The notes under the pieces were generated by a model. The model saw nothing but the letters and a program-made list of their open reading frames with translations, made no database searches and had not been told where the DNA came from. The translations under genes and the position numbers were made by a program. A stretch of 64,000 nt of DNA from an uncultured Holophagales bacterium (GTDB lineage: Bacteria; Acidobacteriota; Thermoanaerobaculia; Multivoradales; UBA5704). Location: NCBI GenBank assembly GCA_963842525.1, contig CAWJGT010000004.1:64001-128000 (forward strand), in the 5' to 3' direction. Shown piece after piece: positions 8,847 to 18,362 of the stretch. Numbering within the stretch: the first letter of the stretch is position 1; every line of letters begins with the position of its first letter.

Positions 8847-10820
8847 GGGGGTACGGAGCCGGCGCCACCGGTCGGGGGCGGAGGGCTCGCGGGACCTGGT
8901 GAGGAGCCGCAGGAGACGGCTTGCGGTGTGGCCGATGCGCCAGCTCCGAGACGCGAAGACGGCGGCCAGCAACTGGTCCCGCGCTGCCACCTTCGCCCCG
9001 GTGCGCAGCAGCTCGTCGCCATGGCGGGTCTGCAGCTCGACCGATTCCCGGTCCTGCAGGGTGCTCCGGACCTCCGACTCGGCAATGACACCATCGCGGT
9101 AGTCGATCCCCGCGCGGAGCCTGCGTCTTTCCACGAGGGCGTACCGATGCGCAGCGAGCGCATCACGGGCGCCGGCCGAAAGCGGAGGCACCGGGTCGAG
9201 ATCGAGAGCGGCGCCGCTTTCCAGGGCTTCCAGCAACTCGAGCTGACAGGCATTGAGATAGCTGCGCCGGGCTGTGGGGTCGCAGGGGTGGCGGTCCAGG
9301 GCAGGATCGAGGAAGGATCTGACGTCAGCCTCCTCCAGCTCGCGGAGGCCGGCGCCCCCGAATCGGGCGATCTCCTCGCGCAACCGCCGAAGCGTGGCCA
9401 TGGGGTCGGCGATCAGGTCGTGATACGAGACCAGGACGCGGGGCAGGCCGAGCGAGCCCGCCAGAGCAGCCTGGGTGTGCAGCTCCCAGAGCGCGATCCC
9501 GAACGGGATCGGGAGGCAGTCGTGATCCTGCAGCGAGCGGGCGACCGACAGCGGATCGCGGTGGACCAGCACGCAGAGAGGCTTCTCCAGAAGCTCCTTC
9601 CAGAACGGGAAGAGAAGGCAGAGGCGCGGATCCGTGACGGCCCAGGGGCCCTGGTCGTCAAAGCCCTGGATCAGCTCGCGAGCGCGCGCCTCGAAGGCGG
9701 AGCGTTGGGATGCGGAGAGCCGGCCGAGGTCGAGGTGATCCACCTCGGACCAGCTTGCGTCGAGCATCGCCAGCACGGCATCGTCAAGGATCGCAGCATC
9801 GTCGTGATCGGCCCACAGTCCCATCAGGCTGAGGAGCCGCGTCACGGCGGAGACCCCGGCCCGGTGCATGCCGAGCACGGCGAGCCGCGGTGGCGGGGCG
9901 GACCGCGCCGGCGGGTGCAGGCCCCGGCCTCGATCAGTCCCTCGATCAGTCCCCTGGCGCAGCCGCTGGTTGAACACCTCGCCGCGCATCCGGGCGAGCG
10001 GATAGGGCGTCGGGAGCAGAGCGCCGGCAGGGTCCACGAGGCCGTGGTAGTGGAGGATGGCGGGATCGCGGGCGAGGAAGCCCTCGGGAGGCTCGAGGTG
10101 CGTCGCATTGAGCTGATAGTTCAGCTCGACCGGGGCCTCCTCGAAAGGCACGGGACAGGCCGCCAGGGCCAGGCTGAGGCTTGCCTGGTGAAGGTGCCGC
10201 TCACAGGGGTACACCAGCTCGGGGCGCTCGGCGAGCTCGCGGTTGAAACCGCCCCAGACTGGAACAAGCTGCCGGGCCAGTTTGGATGGGATGAGGATGA
10301 AGCCTGCATTGAAATAGGGGATCGTCGGAGCACGGGTCCATCCGATGACATGACTGCGCAGCGGCAGCGGCAGCTTGAAATGTTCAAAGAGGCGCACGAA
10401 GACGTCGTGCGTCACCGTCGGCAGCGATTCGATCTTCGCCTGCAACCGCCCGTACTGCATCAGGGGGAGCGGGTCGCGCACGACCACCATGTCGCAGTCG
10501 AGGGCGAGGAGCATCTCGCGGCCCTCGTCCCAGGCCTCTTCGAAGAACCGCAACCTGTTCGCGGAGCCATTGTTCGGGTGGAAGCTCCGGACGGTGCGCA
10601 CCTCGCAGCCGTAGCTTTCGAGCTCCTTCCGCGAGGAGCCTGCGATCCCCTCCACGGCGCAGACCAGCAGCCTTGCCTGCGCAAGGCCGCCGCCGAACCA
10701 GCGGATCGACTGGACAAGGCGGAGCGCCTGGCCGAGGTACTTGGGATTGTTCTCCGCGACGCAGCCGACCAGGAGATCGGCAGCGGAGAGGGCTGTCTCC
10801 TGAGGCACGAGGGAGGCCAT
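8835..10820 (-). CDS. Fusion of GT-A/GT8-like glycosyltransferase domain, sulfotransferase-like domain and coiled-coil tail
   Basis: LALDCD (DxD), YFNAGFIL, ILHYH in the N-half; VLGMHRAG.SA..RLL, DPRLCLL.PFW, HRDPLSVARSL, VSYHDLIADP in the C-half. Confidence 0.75.
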   Translation of the reverse strand: MASLVPQETALSAADLLVGCVAENNPKYLGQALRLVQSIRWFGGGLAQARLLVCAVEGIAGSSRKELESYGCEVRTVRSFHPNNGSANRLRFFEEAWDEGREMLLALDCDMVVVRDPLPLMQYGRLQAKIESLPTVTHDVFVRLFEHFKLPLPLRSHVIGWTRAPTIPYFNAGFILIPSKLARQLVPVWGGFNRELAERPELVYPCERHLHQASLSLALAACPVPFEEAPVELNYQLNATHLEPPEGFLARDPAILHYHGLVDPAGALLPTPYPLARMRGEVFNQRLRQGTDRGTDRGRGLHPPARSAPPPRLAVLGMHRAGVSAVTRLLSLMGLWADHDDAAILDDAVLAMLDASWSEVDHLDLGRLSASQRSAFEARARELIQGFDDQGPWAVTDPRLCLLFPFWKELLEKPLCVLVHRDPLSVARSLQDHDCLPIPFGIALWELHTQAALAGSLGLPRVLVSYHDLIADPMATLRRLREEIARFGGAGLRELEEADVRSFLDPALDRHPCDPTARRSYLNACQLELLEALESGAALDLDPVPPLSAGARDALAAHRYALVERRRLRAGIDYRDGVIAESEVRSTLQDRESVELQTRHGDELLRTGAKVAARDQLLAAVFASRSWRIGHTASRLLRLLTRSREPSAPDRWRRLRTPLTK

Positions 10821-10827
10821 GAACCGT

Positions 10828-11298
10828 CTACGGCTGACTGGCGGGCGGCGTGGTCTGCGGGGGCAGTGCCGGGGAGCCCTCCAGGCTGCGGATGTCGGTC
10901 ACGAAATACTGGGTCTCCCCGAAGCAGGAGGTGGGGACCCCCTTGTGCTGCTCGTAGTGCATGGTGACGCGCTGGCCCATGGTCTGGTTGATGCGCTCGG
11001 CCACGGCGTCGTCGCGCACGCTGAAGGTGAAGATCTGGGGCATGGCCCCGGGGAGGTTGACCATGGCCAACTCCCCCTCCCAGGTCTTGCAGATCCAACC
11101 CTTCTTCGAAAACTTCTGGACGTAGCCCGCGCGTTCCCCGTCGGCATAGCTGTAGCTCAGGGCGATCCAGGAGTAGAGAAAAACCCCGCCGACGGCGACG
11201 AGGAGCAGCAGGACGAGAAAGAAGACGGCCTTGCCGCAGCCGCGGCGGCGGGGCCGGGAAGTCTGCGGTGCACCGGGCGCAACGGCCGGGTCGGTCAT
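10828..11298 (-). CDS. Conserved hypothetical single-pass membrane protein
   Basis: Hydrophobic helix followed by YSYADGERAGYVQKFSKKGWICKTWEGELAM; RBS GGAGG upstream. Confidence 0.8.
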   Translation of the reverse strand: MTDPAVAPGAPQTSRPRRRGCGKAVFFLVLLLLVAVGGVFLYSWIALSYSYADGERAGYVQKFSKKGWICKTWEGELAMVNLPGAMPQIFTFSVRDDAVAERINQTMGQRVTMHYEQHKGVPTSCFGETQYFVTDIRSLEGSPALPPQTTPPASQP

Positions 11299-11367
11299 GG
11301 GTAATCCTCCCGGGCCGGTATTTTTTCACAGATCGGGGTATTCTGGTCTGAGCGGAGGGAGAGAGCC

Positions 11368-11946
11368 ATGGCCGTCCAGACCAAGCCCACGCGGACCTAC
11401 CTGACCGCCGACGAGTATTTGGCCCTCGAGCGGAGCTCTGAGGAGAGGCACGAATACCTCGACGGCGAGATGCTGGCCATGACCGGGGGGAGTTGGGAGC
11501 ACAGCCTGATCATCAGCAATCTCGTCGCCGAGCTGAAGCAGCGGCTGCGGGGCGGCCCTTGTAAGGTCCACGCCAGCGAGATGCGGATCCGCGTCCCCTC
11601 CGGAGACTGTAGCTACCCGGACGTCGTGGTCGTCTGCGGACCTCCTCGCTTCGCAGACGAGCGGCGCGACACGGTGCTCAACCCCACGCTCCTCATCGAG
11701 GTGCTCTCTCCCTCCACGGAGTCCTATGACCGGGGACGGAAGTCCGAGGGCTACCGGACCCTGGAGTCCCTGCAGGAATACGTCCTCGCCGCGCAGGACC
11801 GGCCCTCGATCGAGAGGTACCTGCGCCAGGAGAACGGCTTCTGGCTCCTTTCGGATATCGCCGGTCTCGACAGGAGCCTTCCGCTCGCCTCGCTCGGGTG
11901 CGAGCTGCCCCTGACCGTCATCTACGACGGCGTCGAATTCCCCTGA
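11368..11946 (+). CDS. Uma2-family endonuclease
   Basis: EYLALE..SEERHEYLDG, YPDVVVVC, LIEVLSPSTESYDRG.K, LQEYVL. Confidence 0.93.
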   Translation: MAVQTKPTRTYLTADEYLALERSSEERHEYLDGEMLAMTGGSWEHSLIISNLVAELKQRLRGGPCKVHASEMRIRVPSGDCSYPDVVVVCGPPRFADERRDTVLNPTLLIEVLSPSTESYDRGRKSEGYRTLESLQEYVLAAQDRPSIERYLRQENGFWLLSDIAGLDRSLPLASLGCELPLTVIYDGVEFP

Positions 11947-14469
11947 TCATCCCCTCTTGCGCACCCGGAACGCTGCCACCGCCAGCGGCTTGGGGTCGGG
12001 GAGCGCGGCGGCCATGCGCTGGATGACCTTGTTCCAACTCGCCTGGCCGGTCCACTTCTTGGGATCGATGGGCTCGGTTTCCAGGGATTCCCGGGTCAGC
12101 AGCTTGGCGAGATCCGGACGGAGCCGGCCCTTGCCGTCGACGGCGACCACCTCGAAGTCGGGGCCCCGCCGGTAGAGGGCGAGGAGGCCGAAGACCTCCT
12201 TGTCGCCGGGCACCTGGAGGAGGGCCACCCGGCCGCGCGGGCCCTCTTCGAGCTCGGCGAGGACCCCTTCGATGAGGGGATGGCCGGTGGCGAAGAAATC
12301 CAGCGTCTCCCTGACGACCGCCTCCTCGCGGTCGAAGGTGCCCAGCCAGCGCGAGCCCGGCGGGATGCCGGGGAGGTGGTCCAGCAGCGCCTCGTAGCCG
12401 AACTCGATCAGCCAGGTCCGCCGTCCGCTCTGCTCGTCCGTGTCGAATCCGAAGCGGTGGAGGGCCCGCATCACCACGTCCTCGTTGAGACGGTCGAGGT
12501 CGGGCGGCACGCGGGCCAGGATTTCCGGCACCATCCCGGGGCGGAACGGGTCGCGGTGCAGCTCGTGGAAGGCGGCCTGCCGCACCCGGTCGTGCGCCTC
12601 CTGCGCTTCGCGCAGCACGTCCGCGAAGGCCGCCGGGTCCGGGTCTTCGGACCCGTGCAGGGCTTCCCGCTCGACCGCCCGGGCGACGTGGCGCAGCTCC
12701 CGCTCAAGGCCCCCCAGCGGCTCTTCGAAAAGGCCGATGGCCTCGTGGAGGTTGGCGACGGTCCTTCCGAGGCCCGCCGGCGGGCGGAAGTAGAGGATCT
12801 CGGTCGGGATCGTGCGGCCGATGCGGTCGAGCCGGCCGATCCGCTGCTCGACGACCGCCGGGTTCCATGGCAGGTCGAAGAGGATGAGCCGGCGGCAGAA
12901 CTCGAAGTTGCGTCCTTCGCCGCCCGCTTCTGTTGAAATCAGCAGGCCCGGCCCTTCGGGGAGGCGGAACTGCGCCACCTCGATGTCCCGCCGTTCCGCG
13001 GGGAGCCCCTCGTGGAAGAGGCCGACCCGGGCGCGGCCGGTGCGTTCGATCTCCCCCTTGAGCCGGTCCAGGGTCTCGCGGTGGGCGACGAAGATCAGGG
13101 TCTTCTCGCCGGCCTGCTGCCAGCGCGCCGCCTGTTCCACGAGCCAGCGGACCCGGGGATCGGAACGGTCCGCCTCGGCGGCCAGCTCGGCTGTAGAGGG
13201 GTCGTCCCGGTCGAGGACCGGCAGGAGGGCCGCGGGCGAGGCGAGGGCACGCACGATGCGGTCGGCCTTCCTCTTCTCGGCCACCGGACCTTCGGCCGGC
13301 ATCTCCCGCATCCGCTGTTCGAGACGGCGCAGGGCCTCCCAGCCTGGAGGGTCGTCGATCTCCACCGGGGCCGGCACCCGCGGCGGCAGGCCCCCGATGT
13401 CGGCGCGGCGGGTGGCGCTGGTGCAGGGAGGGAGGGGCTCGCGGCGGGCCAGCCGCTCCTCGAAGGACTCGCGCTCCGGAAACTCCTCGGGGCGGAGGAG
13501 CTGGAGCAGGCGGAAGAAGCCGTGCGCGTCGTCCTCCAGCGGCGTGGCGGTGAGCAGCAGCACGTGCCGGCCGAGGGCCGCGGTCGGCGCCACGGCGCGG
13601 TATTCGGGGCTGCCGGGATGGCCGGGCTGCCGCCGCAGGTGGTGCGCCTCGTCGACGACCAGCAGGTCGATTCCCGCCTCGGCCGCCTGCTCGGCAAGCC
13701 GCCGGCGCGCGGCGAGCAGCTCCAGCGAGACGATGGACCGCCGGTGGACCTCGAACGGGTTCATGTCCGGCCCGTAGTCGCGGGCCACGTCGGCCAGGCG
13801 CTTCTCGTCCATCAGCACGAAAATCTGGTGATATTTGCGCCACAGCTCGCCGAGCCACTGGAGGGTCAGGGTCTCGGGGGCGACGACCAGGGTGCGGTCC
13901 GCCCGGCCGGTGTAGAGGAGCCGGTTCATGATGAGGCAGGCCTCGACCGTCTTGCCGAGGCCGACCTCGTCGGCGAGGAGCCAGCGCACCGGGTCGCTGT
14001 GGCACGCTCGCTCGGCCGCGTAGAGCTGGTGAGGGAAGAGCTGGATGCGCCCGCCGAGGAACGAGCCGAGGCCGTCGGCCTCGCGCAGGCGCAGCAGGCG
14101 AAGCCCGTCGAGCCGGTTTGCGAAGTCCTCGAAGGCGTCGACCTGCCCGCGGCCCAGGCGCTCCAACGGCGACAGCTCGACCGGCAACGGCCAGAGGTCG
14201 TCGATCGAAACGTCCCGCCCATCGGCGAGCCGGCAGATCCCGCGCGCGCAGGCTTCGACGACCACGGTGTCGCCATCCGGAGCGAGTCGGGCGCGGCTTC
14301 CCGGCGCCAGGGTGAAGGGGATGAGCGCGTTGGAGCTGGAGGCCAGGCTCAGGCTCTGGCCGGCCTGCGGGAAGTCCACCACGACCGTCCGGCCGCTGAT
14401 CTCCCGCACCACGCCGGGGCCGAGCTCGGGGTTGAAACGATGGGTGAGGCGGTCGCCAGGGTGCCACAT
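11947..14469 (-). CDS. SNF2-family helicase, RapA/HepA-like
   Basis: LLADEVGLGKTVEA, VVDEAHH, LLLTATP, STEAGGEGRNFEF, FDLPWNP..EQRIGRLDRIG. Start taken at MWHPGD. Confidence 0.92.
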   Translation of the reverse strand: MWHPGDRLTHRFNPELGPGVVREISGRTVVVDFPQAGQSLSLASSSNALIPFTLAPGSRARLAPDGDTVVVEACARGICRLADGRDVSIDDLWPLPVELSPLERLGRGQVDAFEDFANRLDGLRLLRLREADGLGSFLGGRIQLFPHQLYAAERACHSDPVRWLLADEVGLGKTVEACLIMNRLLYTGRADRTLVVAPETLTLQWLGELWRKYHQIFVLMDEKRLADVARDYGPDMNPFEVHRRSIVSLELLAARRRLAEQAAEAGIDLLVVDEAHHLRRQPGHPGSPEYRAVAPTAALGRHVLLLTATPLEDDAHGFFRLLQLLRPEEFPERESFEERLARREPLPPCTSATRRADIGGLPPRVPAPVEIDDPPGWEALRRLEQRMREMPAEGPVAEKRKADRIVRALASPAALLPVLDRDDPSTAELAAEADRSDPRVRWLVEQAARWQQAGEKTLIFVAHRETLDRLKGEIERTGRARVGLFHEGLPAERRDIEVAQFRLPEGPGLLISTEAGGEGRNFEFCRRLILFDLPWNPAVVEQRIGRLDRIGRTIPTEILYFRPPAGLGRTVANLHEAIGLFEEPLGGLERELRHVARAVEREALHGSEDPDPAAFADVLREAQEAHDRVRQAAFHELHRDPFRPGMVPEILARVPPDLDRLNEDVVMRALHRFGFDTDEQSGRRTWLIEFGYEALLDHLPGIPPGSRWLGTFDREEAVVRETLDFFATGHPLIEGVLAELEEGPRGRVALLQVPGDKEVFGLLALYRRGPDFEVVAVDGKGRLRPDLAKLLTRESLETEPIDPKKWTGQASWNKVIQRMAAALPDPKPLAVAAFRVRKRG

Positions 14470-14563
14470 GCGGGGGGCATTGTAGCGGGAGAAGACCCTC
14501 ACCCCTTGTTGTCCCCTCCCTGGTGCGGCCCTACCCAGCCGAGACAGCTCTGGATACAGAGAG

Positions 14564-14592
14564 TTGACTTTGCGATAATGCGCACCTATTCT
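14564..14592 (+). promoter_or_regulatory. Sigma70-type promoter for the thioredoxin-fold/Cys-rich peptide pair
   Basis: TTGACT-17 bp-TATTCT, 23 bp before ATG 14616. Confidence 0.55.
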
Positions 14593-14615
14593 AGGGTCGT
14601 TTTTGTGAATCTTCT

Positions 14616-15278
14616 ATGAGGCCATCTGAACCGATGCGCGAGCCAGGGGAGACCGATGGCGGGCTGGGCCGTCCGGCAGAAGGCTGGCAACTTCGACGCG
14701 GGCCGGCTCTCGTGCTAGCCGGACTGTGCCTGACCTTGGCCGTCGCAAACTTTGCGCTGCTGCTCCAGAATCAAGAGCTCAAGCGTCTGCTGGCCGCTGC
14801 TCGGCTCTCCGCACAGCTCGCGCCGGGTGATCGGCTTCCTGTGCTGCGCGGCCAGAACCTGAAGGGGACCCCCTCGACCGTGGACTTTCACGGGCCGCGG
14901 AAGACCGTTTTACTGCTCCTTTCCCCTCGCTGCGGATGGTGCATCGAGAACATGGACAACTGGCTCGCACTCACCCGGGGGCTCGACCGAAGAAAGTACG
15001 ACTTCCTGGTGTTGTCGCTCCTCGACGAAGGTCTGGACGAGTACGTTGCGCTGCAGAGGCTTACGGACCTTCCGGTTGTCACCCGTGTCGATCTCCAGTC
15101 CGACGTGGCCCTAAAACTGGTCACAACGCCCCAGACCCTGGTTGTCTCTCCCGGAGGGGTTGTGGAGCAGGTCTGGATTGGGGCACTGCATGGTCCCAGC
15201 CTCAGGGCTGCGGAGAGCTATTTCGGTGTTCAACTTCCTGGGATTCGCCATCCCGGGTTGCTGGCTGGCGCGAGCTAG
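14616..15278 (+). CDS. Membrane-anchored thioredoxin-fold (TlpA/peroxiredoxin-like) protein
   Basis: N-terminal TM plus coiled segment, LAPGD.LP, SPRCGWC (CxxC), TPQTLVV cis-Pro motif. Confidence 0.8.
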   Translation: MRPSEPMREPGETDGGLGRPAEGWQLRRGPALVLAGLCLTLAVANFALLLQNQELKRLLAAARLSAQLAPGDRLPVLRGQNLKGTPSTVDFHGPRKTVLLLLSPRCGWCIENMDNWLALTRGLDRRKYDFLVLSLLDEGLDEYVALQRLTDLPVVTRVDLQSDVALKLVTTPQTLVVSPGGVVEQVWIGALHGPSLRAAESYFGVQLPGIRHPGLLAGAS

Positions 15279-15398
15279 CGCCAGAGTTAGCTCGTCAGGC
15301 AGCAAAGATATCTCGCTCAGTGGGTGACTTGTGCCGCGACAGAGGTAAACAGCCACACCATGAGCGTCAACGTTAGTCTGTCTCGAAAGGAGAAAAAA

Positions 15399-15659
15399 AT
15401 GCGAACCAGGGTCCACCGCGGTTTCCAGATGCTGGTCCTTCTCCTGGCAACGATGATCGCCCTGACCGGTCTACAGCTCTTCGGAGGGCTTCCGGACGCG
15501 GGAGCCGAAGCTGCAATGGCCTGCCAAGGCCTCAGGTGCACGACAAAGAGCGACTGTGGCAGCTATTGCTTCTGCAACAATCCCGACGGCGGGCAGGGGA
15601 AAGGGACGTGCTTCTGGGACACGCCACCGCCGCATGACGAACTCCCGATTCTTGAGTAG
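15399..15659 (+). CDS. Secreted 6-cysteine peptide precursor (86 aa), knottin-like spacing
   Basis: AAAGGAG RBS; signal-like MRTRVHRGFQMLVLLLATMIALTGLQLFGG...AEAAMA; core CQGLRCTTKSDCGSYCFCNNPDGGQGKGTC. Confidence 0.75.
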   Translation: MRTRVHRGFQMLVLLLATMIALTGLQLFGGLPDAGAEAAMACQGLRCTTKSDCGSYCFCNNPDGGQGKGTCFWDTPPPHDELPILE

Positions 15660-15743
15660 GTAGGCTTCCGTTCCTCTGTCGCGGCCTTTCAACCTCTTGA
15701 AGTTCTTCGGCTCGAACGGGCCGCGATGGCGGTGTCGCGCTCC

Positions 15744-16811
15744 CTAGGCGGTGAGGGCCTCCAGCCTTTCATCGAGCACCGCGTACAGCCGCTCGTTGCC
15801 GTCCTGCTCGTAGGTGGCCAGACGCTCCTTGCAAGCGGGGATGGCATCCAGAAAGCGCCGGACCACTGCGGGATCGTCGAGCGACGCGGCGTACTGGCCG
15901 TAGCCGAGGCGCTCGAGCCAGCGGGCGTTGAGGACCTGTTCTGGCTGCTTGTCGACCGGCGCCGAGAGCAGCGGCTTGCGCAGGTAGACGGCCTCGCCCA
16001 TCACCGTGAAGCTGCCGCCGGCGATCACCGCCCGCGCAGAGGCCAGGTCGGCGATGAAGCCGGCCTCGTCGAACGGGCGATAGCGCAGGCTCCCTTCGAC
16101 CTGTTCCTCCGCGATCCCGCGGCGCATGCCGTAGATCCGGCACTCTAGCCCCGTGGCGGTAAGGGTGCGGGCGAGCCTGGTGTTGCCCTCGGCCGTCTGG
16201 TAGACCAGCAGGTGGTCGCCACGAGAAGGCTGCGCCGCGAGGATCTCCGGCCGCAGGATCGGCTGCACCAGGGTCGTCCGCGGCCTGCGGACCTCGGGGA
16301 AGAAGAAGGTCGTAATGACGTAGTGATGGCAGAAGGGGAGCTTGCTGCGGATGAAGGTGCGGGCGAGCCGGAAGTCCATCTCGTGCCCGGCGAGCACCTC
16401 CGGCGGATGGACGCACCGGTTGACGATCTGCATGTTGTCGATCGACAGGATCGGCAGGCCGTGCGCCTTGCCATAGATATAGGTCCAGGAGTCGAAGTCG
16501 CTGAGCACAGCGTCCGGGGAGAAGCGGCGGATGAGGTCGAAATAGGCCGAGACGTTCTCGGGGATGCCTCCGGCCCCGGCGATCAGGTTCGAGCCGATCG
16601 TGGCCGCGAGCTGCATCCGGTTCTCCTGGTAGACGATATGAAGACCATGGATGCGCCCGGTGCGCCCGAACCGCTTGTCCAGGAAATCCGCGGCCCGGCC
16701 CGAAGCCATGATCTCCACCTCGTGCCCTCGCGCCAGCAGCCGCTCGATCACCACCCGCGACCGCACCGCGTGCCCCATCCCCTCGCCGACCACGCCGTAG
16801 AGGATCTTCAT
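15744..16811 (-). CDS. GT-B glycosyltransferase (MJ1255/VC2487-like)
   Basis: MKILYGVVGEGMGHAVRS, SDFD, SIDNMQ, PILRPEIL, EAVYLRKP, QPEQ.LNA. Confidence 0.9.
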   Translation of the reverse strand: MKILYGVVGEGMGHAVRSRVVIERLLARGHEVEIMASGRAADFLDKRFGRTGRIHGLHIVYQENRMQLAATIGSNLIAGAGGIPENVSAYFDLIRRFSPDAVLSDFDSWTYIYGKAHGLPILSIDNMQIVNRCVHPPEVLAGHEMDFRLARTFIRSKLPFCHHYVITTFFFPEVRRPRTTLVQPILRPEILAAQPSRGDHLLVYQTAEGNTRLARTLTATGLECRIYGMRRGIAEEQVEGSLRYRPFDEAGFIADLASARAVIAGGSFTVMGEAVYLRKPLLSAPVDKQPEQVLNARWLERLGYGQYAASLDDPAVVRRFLDAIPACKERLATYEQDGNERLYAVLDERLEALTA

Positions 16812-17014
16812 GGCGAGGGAGTGTAGCGGAGGGCTCACGACACCCGCATCGGCCGTTGCGACCGCGACAAGTTCAACGGAGACGAGGCCGGTTTGCGGAG
16901 GCTCTGGGGTCTGGCGGACTGAAAGCGTGTCTGGAAATTCTCGCAGGCGGAGCCAAGCGTCCTCACCCCCGGTCCTCAACGTCTCGGATGTCCAGAAACG
17001 GGAGGGCGGGGGGA

Positions 17015-17210
17015 AAAGCCCCAACGGGGCTTCGGCGTAAAGCCTGGGGTTTCAACCCCAGGACAGCGGCCCGTTTTCACCTCAAGCCCCGAAGGGGCGG
17101 CGGCAGGGTGGTGGAGGTGCCTGCGTCCCTTCGGGACTTGAAAAGTCAAATGGCCCTTCACCTGGGGTTGAAACCCCAGGCTTTATGCCTGCGCCCCCCT
17201 CCGGGGGCTC
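17015..17210. repeat. Composite REP-like palindromic element (CCTGGGGTTTCAACCCCAGG / GCCCCGAAGGGGC family)
   Basis: TAAAGCCTGGGGTTTCAACCCCAGG at about 17038 and its inverse CCTGGGGTTGAAACCCCAGGCTTTA at 17161; the left half recurs at about 52420-52505. Confidence 0.85.
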
Positions 17211-17228
17211 TCCATAAGATGTCGCCCC

Positions 17229-17393
17229 TCAGAATTCGGGCCATGCGGCAGAGTCTTCCCGCATCCCTTCTTCGGCCAAGCTCTGCTCGAACCGAGGATC
17301 CAACCTTGCGCACTCCCGAGCGAGCCGGCTCTGCTCCGGCTTCTTCTTCAGGGCCTCTCCTTCGATCGGTTTACCTTTTCTTGGGGAGCTCAT
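17229..17393 (-). pseudogene. Orphan or truncated antitoxin-like peptide (54 aa)
   Basis: RLARECARLDPRFEQSLAEEGM...WPEF resembles the C-terminus of MazF-associated RHH antitoxins; no RHH N-terminus and no toxin gene follow. Confidence 0.5.
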
Positions 17394-17435
17394 AGGGCGG
17401 CGCCATGCTAGCAGGGCGGCTAGGATATACCTTCC

Positions 17436-18278
17436 ATGCCCACCCTCCTCTGCCCGGTCCGCGATTGCGGCCTTCCCCTGGAACGAACGGAGCGGGCGTG
17501 GCAATGCCCGCAGGGACACTCGTTCGATATCGCCCGCAGCGGCTACACGAACCTGCTTCAGCCGCAGGACCGGCGCTCGAAGCAGCCGGGCGACCCGCCG
17601 GAGGCTGCGTTCGCTCGGCGGCGCCTTCTGGGTGCAGGTTACGGCGACTTCCTTCTGCGCGCCCTTCTGGAGGCATTCGACTCGCTTCCGCTCCCGCCCC
17701 AGCCGGCCGTCCTCGACGTGGGCTGCGGCGAGGGGTACTACCTCGGCTCGCTCGCCCAGGAGCGGGAGGTCGAGGCCTGGGGGATCGATCTGTCCGTGCC
17801 GGCCATCGACCTCGCGGCCCGGCGTTGGCCCGGAGTGGGCTGGCTGGTGGTCAATGCCGATCGCCGGCTGCCCTGGGCCGATAGCTCCTTCGACCTGGTC
17901 CTGTCGCTCACCGCGCGCCGCAACGCTCCGGAATTCCGCCGGGTCCTGACCCCCGAGGGCCGGCTGCTGGTCGCGATCCCCGGGGAGGACGACCTCGTCG
18001 AGCTACGCGCGGCCGTGCAGGGCGAAAAGGTCTTGCGCAGCCGCCTCGAAGGGGCGGTCGCCGCGTTCTCGGAAGACTTCGAGCTGGCGGAGCACCGTCC
18101 ACTGCGACATCAGACGCATTTCGATGCCGCGGCGGTCCGCGACCTCCTGGCCTCGACCTACCGCGGCGCGCGGGAAAGCGAGCGCCGGCGGGCCGAGGGG
18201 CTTGGGGAGATGGAGGTGACACAGAGCCTGGAGCTGCTTCTCTTCCGGCCTGTGCAACACCTCACACCCGGACGGTGA
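17436..18278 (+). CDS. rlmA: 23S rRNA m1G745/m1G748 methyltransferase-like (RlmA)
   Basis: Zn-finger LCP...C.QGHSFDIARSGYTNLL; LDVGCGEGYY SAM motif. Confidence 0.85.
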   Translation: MPTLLCPVRDCGLPLERTERAWQCPQGHSFDIARSGYTNLLQPQDRRSKQPGDPPEAAFARRRLLGAGYGDFLLRALLEAFDSLPLPPQPAVLDVGCGEGYYLGSLAQEREVEAWGIDLSVPAIDLAARRWPGVGWLVVNADRRLPWADSSFDLVLSLTARRNAPEFRRVLTPEGRLLVAIPGEDDLVELRAAVQGEKVLRSRLEGAVAAFSEDFELAEHRPLRHQTHFDAAAVRDLLASTYRGARESERRRAEGLGEMEVTQSLELLLFRPVQHLTPGR

Positions 18279-18362
18279 CCCACCTCACAGACAGCCGCAG
18301 CCCCCGTAGTCAAGGATGCTGGAAAGGTTTCGCAGCGTTCATCCGGAGAAAGGGAAAAGGCC

